From Rhina ancylostomus (taxonomy: Eukaryota), in the NCBI GenBank assembly GCA_030265395.1, contig JARFYF010000007.1, positions 55,408,265-55,472,264 of the forward strand: 64,000 nucleotides of DNA, written 5' to 3'. Positions 50,195 through 61,660 of this stretch are shown piece after piece. A program made the translations under genes and the position numbers. Numbering within the stretch: position 1 is the first letter of the stretch; each line of letters starts with the position of its first letter. The notes beneath the pieces were generated by a model. That model saw only the letters and a list, made by a program, of their open reading frames with translations. It searched no databases and was not told the DNA's origin.

Positions 50195-51085
50195 TTGTCC
50201 TTAGAGCACAGAAGGAGGCCATTCAGGCCATCAAGGTTGTGCTGGACCTTTGAATGAACATCCAGATTATTCCTGCCTTCCCTTTCCTTTCCACATAGGC
50301 CTGCCAAAGTTTCCACTTCAAATGTATAGACAAATCCACTTTGAAAGTCACTGATCATTCTGCTTCCACTGGCTTTTCAAGCAATACATTTCAGATCTTA
50401 ACAACTTATNNNNNNNATTTTTAAAAACTTTGCTTCTTTCTAATTCTTTTGGCTCTTGTTTTAAATCTGTCCTCTGGTTTCTGACCATCTTGCTAGTGGA
50501 AAGAATTCCTCCATATTAGCTCTGTTAAATCCCACCCTAATTTTGATCACCTCTGTTAAATAGTGATTCAGTCTTTTCAGCTCCAAGAGGAGAATGCCAA
50601 CTTCTTTGGTCTCACAACATGACTGAAGTCCCTCATGCACAATCCTTGTAAATCTCCTTGACATTATCTAAAGTGCCGCGATGTCCTTCTAAATTGAGGT
50701 GCCAAAATTTAATTGCATGCTCCAGCTGGAGCTTAGCCTGTGAGTTATAAAGGTTTAGCATAACCTCCTTACTTTTATACTGTATGCCTCTGTTTATAAA
50801 TCCAAGAGTCCTGCATGTTTTCTAATCAGCTTTTTTAACTAGTGCTGCCAGCTTCAAAGATTTGTGTATGAACCTTGGGTCTCTTTGCATTTGCACCCCC
50901 TCTAAAATTATATCATCCAATTTATGTTGCCTTTCCTCATACTCCAAAAATGCATTCTATCATATTTCTTTGCACTAAATACTTCTACATATTTCATCAA
51001 TTTGTCTAAGTCCCAATAAAGTCTGCTGCCTTCTTTAACTGTTTATTACGTTTCTGAGTTTTGTGTCTTCTGCAAACTTTAACAT
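50195..51085 (-). mobile_element. CR1-type LINE, decayed RT C-terminal half and tail
   Basis: The reverse strand reads KFAEDTKL near 51055-51080 (the FADD motif). ORF 50461..50664 RRFTRIV...LLLELKRL...EEFFPLA is CR1 ORF2-like. The tail gaaggaggccattcaggccatc is near 50210. Confidence 0.8.
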
Positions 51086-52359
51086 TCTTGACTATCCTTC
51101 TTTAACAATCGTAAACTGGTTCAATGGGAAGCAACAGGAATTCTTCACTTTCACAAGATAAGCACAGAATTCCCACCTTAAGCTGCAGCCAGTTGATGCA
51201 AGCACGGCAGCTGGAACTTTACATTGATTAGTGCAGTTTTTTTGCACTTGGATCAAAGTAAAAGCTGCAGTTATTTCCTCCCTATTACCTAAATCTTAAT
51301 AAGCTCTATTCCTAATCCTTTTGGACATTCTCTCTGTCTTTCCACCTTGGTGAAAAGTGAATTTCAATGTGGAATTGCGATATAACCAGATGAAAATTAG
51401 GGACGCTAATATTCTGATTTGTTTCCAAAGGGAGTTTGAGTTGTGAGCAATTCCAGATGTTTGACAGATAATGAGAGCTTGTATGCACTGTTCTTTCAAG
51501 AGAGGAAAGCTTTTAATTTCTTCCTGTGCTTCTTCCTCACTGTGTCAGGCTAGCACTCAGCTGCAGCTTACAAGAATCACATTAATGTAAATGTGATTGA
51601 TTCTATCATCTCTATCAGAGTGCTTTGCTTTGCCTCAGATTCAGACGGCTAGAACTGCTAAGTAGAATTTCTTCAGTGAAAGGGAGGGCTGAGATTGTAT
51701 ATATTTTCAAACTGGACTCAGCACGTTGATCTGTTTATTATTTCAAGGATTTAATTCCATTTTGTTGAACCTCAAGCTTTGCATTTACTTATGAGGAAAT
51801 AAATTAATAACTATTTAAAATAAAATAACACCCTCTGTTTCTGATAAAAATCTAAAGAGAACAGTGTAAATTTAGTATCCACATTATAGATTGATTTTTT
51901 TCTTAACAGATGTGAAGTTGTCAAATACATGTGAGTTTCAGCGTATAGTTCCACCCGAGCAGGACAGTAGAACTCCACTTCTCATTGGCATCTCAGAAAA
52001 GTTGATGGCTTTGTGTGGATAGTGCCTTGTTCCAACAAAGCAATAGTCAACTGATGTTGCTTTGTTTGTACCTCAGTACTTCTGCTCCGTCCATGTGACG
52101 TGCCTCATGATATGTCCACATGAATTGGTTACAAACGGTAGCTTAACTAGCCTATTTTTGACCACAAATTTGATTTTATTATGCTCACAATAAGTCAAAA
52201 CTAATACATAGTTAATGAATTTACTGGCAAACACCTGGTTTCCAGTTTATCAAAATACTTTTATCTTGCTTGCACGATACGTTTCAAGAAAAATCCCCTG
52301 ACCTTGTCTCTCTATTTCTATTAAGACTTTAGTGGTGTTGGCAGTGCTGAAGCTATTAG

Positions 52360-52560
52360 AAACCTGTAATTATTCCAACCTTCAATCTTTTGGAGAATAG
52401 AATTGCAAATTTCTATTTCACTTTGTGTGAAGAAATAATGTCACCCTTGAATAGCCTGGTTCTAATTTTGTTTTGCCCTTGATTCTGGACTCTGTCAGAG
52501 GAAATGGTTTCTCTTTGCTTACACTTTGAATCATTTCATCACTTGGATCACCTTGACTGA
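52360..52560 (-). mobile_element. Decayed CR1 3' fragment
   Basis: ctttgtgtgaagaaat...ttgattctggactc...agaggaaatggtttctct. Confidence 0.5.
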
Positions 52561-53671
52561 GACACCATCAAAGTTCTATACCCAAGTAAATCCTGTGAGA
52601 CTCCTTCCCTCTCTCAATTTTATCTTCCAAGATTTAATTTTTTAGCCACTGCTTCTTGATTTACTTTGTCTTCTATCCTTCTCTATTTAGTCAGGAACTT
52701 CAACAAGCTTTTAATTGACATAAGCTGTAGAAAAGTGTTATGTAGATTCACACCTACAGCTCTCCACAGGGAGCATTTTCCGATGTCAGCAAAGCCAGTG
52801 GGGAAGTTGAGCTGATGTGACCTCTGGAAACAAAGTTACTGGTTGGTAATCATAACCTATTTAATGGTGCCTAATGCCAGGAGTTCCGAAGGATCACAAG
52901 TGGAAATACTTATTTATAAAACTTTCTACCAAAAAAATCAGGGAACAATCCAGATTCAGGTAGTTGTGGTGGAGATAATTCCTGATAAGTGGATTTATGA
53001 AGATGAAACATCACTTTTGCTTATAACATTTTGATTCACAAATCAGAAACTGTCATGCAACTTATTGAAATGATGAATCAGATATGAAGTTGTAAACTAG
53101 ATAAATGCCAGCATGCTTTCTGAGTAAAAGGAGATGATGTGCACAGATCCATTCCTGAGTGAATGGGCTGGCTTGTTTCTCAATGTATGGAATGACTAAT
53201 ACCAAGCACCAGCAGCTAAAGGCCGAAGCAAATCAGACAGTATGACTAGGGACAGTTGTCTTCAGGATCTACATTTTCATAATCTCACCAATGCTGCCTC
53301 AGGAAAGTCTACATCTGTTTCATGTGATATACTATCAGCTTCATTTTTGAAAGTGACCAATGAAGATTTATTGATTTTAAAAAAATGTGGCTTAAGGAAA
53401 CAATATAAGCATACATTGTTTCAAATATTCATTGCTGACCACTCGTGCTTATATTTAGATAGCCTATAGATAATCTCATTTGTCATATAGAAATTTATCC
53501 TTGGGTGCAAACAATGAACTTAATATTATTGAACAATATTTTGAAGTTATTTAAAGCTAATTTATTTATTTAAAATCAGTTACTTCTAGATCAATGTGTT
53601 TATTGGCTACATCACTCAAAGGGTTTCTGCAAGCAAACAATAATAGAGTATGAAATACACTTGGCAAATGG

Positions 53672-53840
53672 CAATTGATGCTAGGTCAATGGTTAATTTT
53701 AAATCTGAGATTGATAGACCTTTTGAATCAAAGCTGTTAAAGAAGATGAGAAAAATGGGTAAAAGAAGTTTGGTCACAGATCACCAATGATATTAACTGA
53801 TGGGATAGGTTTGAGGGACATTCAGGTCGACTTCTGACCC
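53672..53840 (+). mobile_element. CR1 3' tail
   Basis: tttaaatctgagattgatagac...acagatcaccaatgatattaactgatgg...tttgaggg. Confidence 0.55.
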
Positions 53841-54074
53841 ACACCCGTTTTCTCCAAAATCTGCATCCCACAGGGGGATGGCTGGTTGTTTCACTGTATG
53901 TAAAATGGATGCCTTGAAATCTCACCAGTAATTTCATGAAAACACAGACTATATCTTTTTGATAGAGACAAGGATTTATTTACAATGTTGGGAATGCAAT
54001 GATATTTCTCTGTAAGATGATTTTAAAAGGCTTTGGTCATGAGCACATTATTCATCCAGTTCTTCTATTTACAG

Positions 54075-54590
54075 GCGGGACACACTCATTGAGTAGTGAC
54101 AATAAATCTTCCACTCCACCCAAGGATTCGGGTGAGAGCAAGTTCCTCAACTCCGATGTGGCCTTATTTGCAGGCATTNNNNNNNNNNNNNNNNNNNNNN
54201 NNNNNNNNNNNNNNNNNNNNNNNNNNNNNNNNNNNNNNNNNNNNNNNNNNNNNNNNNNNNNNNNNNNNNNNNNNNNNNATTGGATCGGGCTGTGTGATCT
54301 TCATCATCATCATCATTATGCTGGTGGTTCTGCTGCTGAAATACAAGAGGCGACACAGAAAACACTCTCCCCAGCATACCACCACTCTATCACTCAGCAC
54401 GCTGGCCACCCCCAAGCGGGGAGGTAACAATAATGGCTCTGAACCCAGTGACATTATCATTCCATTAAGGACTGCAGACAGCGCCTTTTGTCCACATTAT
54501 GAAAAAGTCAGCGGAGACTATGGACATCCTGTGTATATAGTCCAGGAGATGCCACCACAGAGCCCGGCAAATATATACTACAAAGTCTGA
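54075..54590 (+). CDS. EFNB2: Ephrin-B2 coding exon 5 (stalk, transmembrane helix, cytoplasmic tail with PDZ-binding YKV), interrupted by a 100-N gap
   Basis: Acceptor tcttctatttacag|GC. Reads (G)[34 protein letters not shown], gap 54179-54278, then [103 protein letters not shown]. The tail is near-identical to EFNB2 ([20 protein letters not shown]) and unlike EFNB1 or EFNB3. Confidence 0.97.
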
Positions 54591-57505
54591 GATAAGAGGA
54601 CAGAATCTAGTTTGAGATCCTGAAGAATACTCTTGGCCTGTTGCAACCTGGGTCTTCTGCTGAAATTAGTGGTGACTCTTTCTCTTTGCACCAGGATTGA
54701 CTTTACATATGTAGGAGAATTAAAGGGGAAAACGGAAGCTTTGCAGGAAATTCAGCCGAAGAGAGCTGGTTAGTGTCTATGGTTTGTGTAGGAATCTGCT
54801 TAAAGTTAAATACCAGGAGCAGCAAGTTGGAGGACAGTTGAGTCAGGGACTCAACCAAACTGTTCCACCTTCTATTTTCACCATTAATTTATGGACCACA
54901 TGTTACAAACATAACCAGGAAGCAAAATGCAAATGGATGTTTGAACTATCTATCACTGTATTTATAACCAATAAGGTTTTACGCTTTGGATATTCAGCAA
55001 TAGAAAATAGTCAGTCTGTACTTTCCCTAGACTGTTACCTTTTATATTAACCGGATTTCATAAATCCACCTCTGTCCTTGTTCTTGTGCTTTTGATTTTT
55101 ACTCCCTCTTATTGTTTTCCTGTTACCAGTATTACTTATTAACCTGAAGGCCACTTTGCCTTCGAACACAATCACTAGAACTTCAGGAACTTTGTAGAAC
55201 GTACCACAACATTAACCTTAGTTAAACATCCCAGTCACCAGTGGTAGTAGACGCACAGCAGCTACATTTTAATCAGTTATACAGAAAGATGTGGGGACAC
55301 ATTACAAATGAGCAGGAGACTACGAGTTTACCTGTGACATTTAACTGCATTTGCAGTTGTATGCTGCTGCCTTTTTGAACCTGAGAAGGAAGTGTAGAGA
55401 TATAGATTATTTAGGGAGCACTTTGGTACTAAAAGTTCCAAGATGTAGACTGGTAGACATGGTGACAAGCACAGTGCTGTAGGGCTGCACTTTAAATGAA
55501 CTAAAATAATTATTTTGAGCAAAGCTGATAGAGAGAAAAAAAGTGAAATGCCTCTTATATGTATGATGCATTATTTGAGGTATTAAAGAGAAGGGCCCAC
55601 ATCAGTGAATAAGGGCATCANNNNNNNNNNNNNNNNNNNNNNNNNNNNNNNNNNNNNNAGTGATATTGACACACTGAGGAAATATACTGCCTTACAGTTT
55701 GACTCCTTCAATGCTTTGTATGAATAGACTGTGGAGCAGTCTCTGTATTACATGGTACAGCTTCTCGTACTGTAGCTGGCATAGCTCTGCAGCTTGAGTG
55801 ACCTTTAAGGGTTATCCTTGAAATACTCATTAGACAAAAAAAAACTCTACATAAAATGGACAAGGGAGTAGAAGGAACCAAGTGATTAAATACCAGACCT
55901 GGTCAGTAGGTTATTATGGGTCAATTTTTGTAGTCAGAATTGTTCTGTAAGTATGCATTGTGGGTGGGTGAAGACCATTTGAACATTAAACTATCTGGAT
56001 GATCAGGACACAGCCACAAAATGTTTGGACATTTGCCTCTGGGAATGAAATCTAGTTTCCATAAATAAATGACTAAAATAGAGTCCTCATAAGACTTCTT
56101 AAACAACAAAACATAAGTCCTGCTTCATATTTGCAAAAAAACTAAAGGACTTTTTAGCCTTGATCTATTTAGTGTACACATGAGCCTAATTTTAAGAAAA
56201 TACTTTTTAAACAATAGTGGCTTGGTATTGTCAGTGTCTGTTTCAAAATCATCTTCAGTCCTGGGGTGGGCTGCAGCATAAAATGTGTTATTAATCTCCA
56301 TCCTGTGATATCCTGCAGCTTAAGATTCAAAGATCACACAGAAATAGCTGTATGAAAGGTCGGTCTCAGGAATCCCAAAAGGGAACCTGCAAAATGGTTG
56401 CCCAACCTAATCCTTGAACCTGAAAATTATATTAGCAACAAAAGTGAGGCACTTTTGCATATACTTAGGCTGTTGCTATGGTGATGAAGTACATTACATG
56501 TGCGTCTGATCCTCTACCATTTCCAATGCAAAGTGTTATTTTTGTGGGCCTTTGGGACGATGACATATTAGCAGAGACACTTCTCAGTTGTACAAGATTG
56601 TGTTTGTTCTTTATGAAGTATTTTATGGGTTATCTGCGTCTGGCTGTGTTGTCATTTTAAAACAGACTGTGTAAATGGCAGGTGAATTTCAAATTTAAAA
56701 ATAAAACTAACATGGGAGTTGACGGGATTCCTGGTTTATAGAATGTGCAGTGGTTGTGTCCAATGTAGAGTAAGGCACTTTAAACTGATTGCTTATGGTT
56801 CGTCTTACTCAGCTCCATCCCTCCCAAAACTGATGTCACTATAACTGCCTTGCAGACACAATCATCCCTCTCACCTGGTTTTAGAAATTGCACCACACAG
56901 TAAACTGATGCTAGTTGTGAAGCTGTAAATACGTGGGATATTTTCGTGTATAAGGATTTGGGCAGGGCAGGAGGAGAAAGTTAAAATAGCCTTATTCGCC
57001 TTTTTAGTAACAGTTCACAATAGAGCATGAACCTGATTTTTCCCTCAAATAAAATGTTTTGTGTAAATAGAAGATTTTTTTTAAAACAAATTCTAAGGAG
57101 GATGTTTTGTATAAAATCTGAACTTTTGCAACGTATTTTTAGCTATAGCTTGTTTTCAAGGCAGTGTCATTCCCCTTTGCACTGTTTAAAAATGGAGATA
57201 AAAGAAAATTGGTATATTTACCAAATTGACCGCTGCATATTTGTGCCATGAATATTTATTTAATTGTTCCTTTGTCCAGTTTGTACACACAGTATTATGC
57301 TTGCTTTATAAATATTGAATGTTGCTTTTCCTCATGTTCCCCCCTTTTTGTAATCTGTTCTTTCAGTCATCTTTTTCTGAAGTGTTTAATTTTCACCTTC
57401 ACTCCCCTGCTGTCCAAGAAAAAACAAACAAAATTAAAATCACATTCCACTAGTCTGTTACAAACTGAAATTGTTTTTAAATAAAAGATTTTTTTTCCTA
57501 TGGAA
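54591..57505 (+). other. Predicted 3' UTR of EFNB2 (about 2.9 kb)
   Basis: No recognisable interspersed repeat after the stop codon, an AU-rich distal part, and a terminal AATAAA followed by T-rich tracts. A SINE remnant starts about 150 nt further on. Confidence 0.65.
57480..57485 (+). terminator. Polyadenylation signal AATAAA
   Basis: ttttaAATAAAagattttttttccta followed by a GT/T-rich downstream element (ggggttcagttttttttc). Alternative AATAAA hexamers lie near 56700 and 57048. Confidence 0.6.
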
Positions 57506-57637
57506 AACTGCCTGGGGTTCAGTTTTTTTTCTTCCTATCTTATACTTCCTGAAATCTGGCAAAAAACAAAGGTCTTTTAAAAATGGCTTGTTACGTTTTC
57601 AATGAAATGTAAAGGATTCAATTATTTGAAGTTCTTG

Positions 57638-57835
57638 TTTTCAGTGCCCCTGGGTTAGAGAGAGTGGAAGGTCACCTAGTGTTCTTATTTTTGATGACTA
57701 TCATGTTGGAAGTAGACTTGTAATTGTCAGGTGAGGAGAAGATTGGACTTGGCTATAATGCTCCATCCCACTGAGGTCAACAAGCCTGTTGGCATCCGCT
57801 GTTAAAGCTTCTGCATCGACAACTTGCACTTAAGT
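57638..57835 (+). mobile_element. Ancient SINE-like repeat, family B
   Basis: ttcagtgcccctgggttagagag...ggtgaggagaagattggacttggctataatgc. Similar to 15925 and to inverted 59340-59530. Confidence 0.5.
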
Positions 57836-59339
57836 AGCACCTTTAATGTAAAAGGATGCATTTGATGGAAACCTATGATAGAAACCTAATATGGAAACAA
57901 AAATGGTGATTGATTTAAATGATATCGAAAGCTGGGGCAAAAAAGTGGGCTTAAAGGAGGCGAGCAGAAATATGGAAAGGAATGACAGAATGTGCAAACT
58001 AAATGCAAACTGAACAGGAGAGCAAAAACCATCCTGAACACACTCCGGTGTGAGATTTGGGACTGAAAAACCTTTAACCTTTCCAATACATCCACAGATT
58101 CATCATTTTGTTTGCTGCAATTTTATGATGCATGAACACACAACCAAATCCCTATCATATTTTCCAGTACATGATGTTCTAAAGAAGACTGTTAATTTGC
58201 AGAATCAGGATAGTAAAAGGAAATTGTGTTTGGGGCTTTATTGAATACATCCTTCCCTCTACTTCCAAGCTGGGAGACTGTGCCTTGTGAACTGTTGCAT
58301 AATGATGCAAATGCTCCTTTATCACGGGAGGTATCCATACGGTGGGAGGATGGAAACTGGTACAGCTCAGCTCTATTCACATAGAAGGCCTTCCTATGTA
58401 ACTGGGCAACGTAATTGAGAACTACCTAACCTCACACCTACATCAAATGAGATTGACTTTAAGCCCTGAAACTGGCATCTTTTGGCCTTGTGACCAAAAT
58501 CATTGTTTTGCTTTCCCAGCAAACAATGAGCTAGAAGTTATAATGGTCAGATAACGAGTGTTGCTCAGGGACCCACAGTAGTTCCTTGCAGGGCCATTGG
58601 GGGGGGGGTGGGTTGTTTTCTTTAAATACATTATGTGCAAGGAGTTGCAGACTTGTGCATTGCAAATTCCTGCCCCTCACTGCCATCATGCATGGTAAAC
58701 ACACACGTCTCATGTGAGAAGTGCAAACTTACCTACAGTATATGATCTCCCAACATGGTGGGAGCTCTTGATGTAGCAGTTCACAATAGGAGCTTGAAGA
58801 AGTGGGTCTGAATCTAAATACCTATTGCTGGGAATGGTGGGATGAACACTGGAGTGGCTACTCTCCTTCACTAGGTTATCTGACATCACAGTATCCGAGA
58901 CAGGCACCCCACGTCAACCACCAGAAAATCTTCCATGGTGTTCTTCAATGCTTTTAATTTACAATTGAACAAGGACTTCTTTGTCCTGTTGAAATCTGCT
59001 TTTTCATTTGAGGCTCACTCAGTTCATTCCACCCACATATAAATGCAACATTGCTGCAGTGGGGTGAATATTGCACACCGATTGATGTTACGACTGCCGT
59101 CAGTGGCCTTGTGCATAGAAGGAGTGTGTTCAGGATGGTTCTGCTTGTCAGAGAAGGGCCATTGGGCAGTTTCAATGCAAAAGCACTTCATGATAATGCA
59201 ATTGGTTTTCAATGGGACAGTAGAATTGCTAGCCACTGACTCCTACCTGAGCATGCACAGGTACCATCTTCTACCAGGTGCACACCCAGATTCTCATTGG
59301 TCATTGAATCAATACTAGCTTTTGGCTCCTGGAGAATCT

Positions 59340-59535
59340 TACAGTAAGTCCTGATCCTGATCTCATCAGAGATCCAAATCCCATAGCCATTAAGTGAGCC
59401 AGAGCAGGAATGCTGCCTATTTTCATCCTTCTTAAACCAGGCACATTAAGGTGGGTAATTTCACTGTGCTGTCAAGTTGAGATCAGCTAACTGCACCTGG
59501 ACTTTTCATCCTTCCTAGTCTGATGGCTAAATTCT
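59340..59535 (-). mobile_element. Ancient SINE-like repeat, family B (antisense)
   Basis: tcctgatcctgatctcatc...gagcaggaatgct...gttgagatcagctaact. Confidence 0.45.
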
Positions 59536-61299
59536 AGGCAGAGCTGATGCACACCTTCTGTAAATGAAATGATCCAGAAACAATTCTACAGCATGGACAA
59601 AAATAATCAGATCTGGGAATTTTCTATATTCTTCCGAAAGCTCTAAAAATAATCCTGCTGTATGTACGCTTGTCTTCAAACCGCATTCTTTCATAAATAA
59701 TGGTGCCAGACACCTAAATTGCTACCATAGCAATTTTGAAGGAAATCTCCAGGATAATTTTGCAGTGTCATTCTCACTATGACAACTGCTAATATGAATA
59801 ACCTACATGAATAGGAACACAGTGCTCCTTGCCTGAAGTTGACAGTTCATTAAATGTCGAGTTTGTTCAGCAGAGAGAATGTGAGGAGCTGGGGCTGGGA
59901 AGTGAGGGCTGGGAGGATGGGAGTGTTGATGTCATGCTGTGAGGGACTGTGTGCATTTTAACCATTATATCACTTTAAAGATGAGGTCAAGAGTCAATAG
60001 AAAGCATGTAGATAGCTTGCTAATCGGGAATTGAGGGTTTGCTAAGCTTATAAAAACAATTATGTATTTATTTTCTAAGTAATTAAATCATATTCTAATT
60101 TTTATTCAGGGTCAGTAATTGATTTCCATCTGCTAAGAGTATTATACATAAGGCTTAATTTTCCCAGCTTCTTTAGGTGCCTTTTTCTTACCCACCCACC
60201 CATTTACAGAGTCAATAGATCCACCCCAGCCATTGAGAATGATGTGTGGAAGAAAAGGGCAATCTCAGAGAAGATCAGCTTTCATATTTTCTTCATGAAA
60301 ATAAGCATACAGTGCAATGATATCATCAAAACATTTTCATTGCAAATATAGTTTTACGCTGCTTTGAGATGGTTATCATGGCAACAACAGTGACAGGACA
60401 AACCACTCCAAATCTTCAGCTAGGGGTAATCCCATTCTACGCATCAAAGTTTGTGCTTGTGACCATTGTCTTCATCCTGCACAGTAAACATACAAAAACT
60501 CAGAGCAATTAAAGACTGGCTGAATCTGCTCCACACAGTCCCTGCAAAATTTCTATGCACCATACCCCCTCCCATTCACACTCCTCCAAACCCTCTGCTC
60601 ACTATGCTCTGCAGAGACAAAAACAGAACTTTTGGACAATAGGAGGAAAATTCCACAAGGTTCACCTTCGGTCCATAAAGGAAGAAAACCATTCTCACTG
60701 CTTCCTCCATTTTACTTTAACCTATATAAATATACATAATCATAGAATGCAGGAAATTTGTTCAGTTCTCTTACACATTTTATGCCAAGCTGCCAAATAT
60801 TTGTCTCCCAGATGATGAGTTATAATGGGAAATGTCTTCTATTTAAAAAAGGGATAGTTAAAAGCATATTTAGTCCTTAAAGAGTTATTAAAATGCACGA
60901 GTATAAAAATCATGAAAAAAATCAATACTTCAATAACAGGATAGAAATGCATAAACATTACCTGCACATAGAATGACAGGACATTTTCAAGGTATTGAAT
61001 AGCATCTAAGTACTCTATTCAAAGCATTTAGTTTGACTTTGGGAAACAATACTTGGAATAAAATTGTGTAATTTAGATCCAGCAGTGGGGGTAAGTCAGC
61101 AGAATGTGTTCGATTTTATCAGTTGCAGCTTTAGTAAACTCATCTGCTTGGCTACATTGGTTTTTAAGTGCAGTCATTTGTTGGTAATTAGTGAAGTTGA
61201 GGATTTAGATGTTAAACCCATTTTGTTTATTTGCGTAGCTGAAGCAAAGATGTATAATCTAATCAAAGGAAAGCTTCTCACAGATCCTGGTTTAAGTGT

Positions 61300-61516
61300 G
61301 AGGATTCCCAGCCCACATACCCTCAACCAAGTCTACCAGCAGCACGCTATCTGACAATTTATCTCATTGCTGTTATGGAAGCTTGCTGTGTGTAAATTGC
61401 TTGACCCATTTGCTGAATTACACAGTGACTACATTTCATAAATACATTGGTTGCAAAGCATTAAGGGATGCCTTGAGGCCATGAAAGACACCAAGTAAGT
61501 GCAAATTTTTCTTTCT
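61300..61516 (+). mobile_element. Deu-domain SINE 3' half
   Basis: ccctcaacca...tctcattgctgttatggaagcttgctgtgtgtaaattg...cagtgactacatttca...attggttgcaaagc...gtgcaaatttttctttc. Confidence 0.7.
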
Positions 61517-61660
61517 GTTAAATTAATAGACTTTAAGGTACATTGGTGGTGCACTGGTTAAGTTACCAGATAAATAATCCAGAGACCTGACTAACAATAT
61601 AGAGATAGGATTTTGAATCCCACAGTGTAAGTTATAAAATTTAACTTTAGTGAACTTAAC

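Noticed and set aside
54147-54460. Minus-strand ORFs with poly-Met or poly-Asp (MMMMM, DDDDED)
   Set aside because: They are antisense shadows of the ATC (Ile) run in the transmembrane segment, lengthened by the N gap.
54588-54615. Stop-codon readthrough masking the PDZ motif
   Set aside because: The context is TGA-GATA, not the TGA-CTAG readthrough motif.
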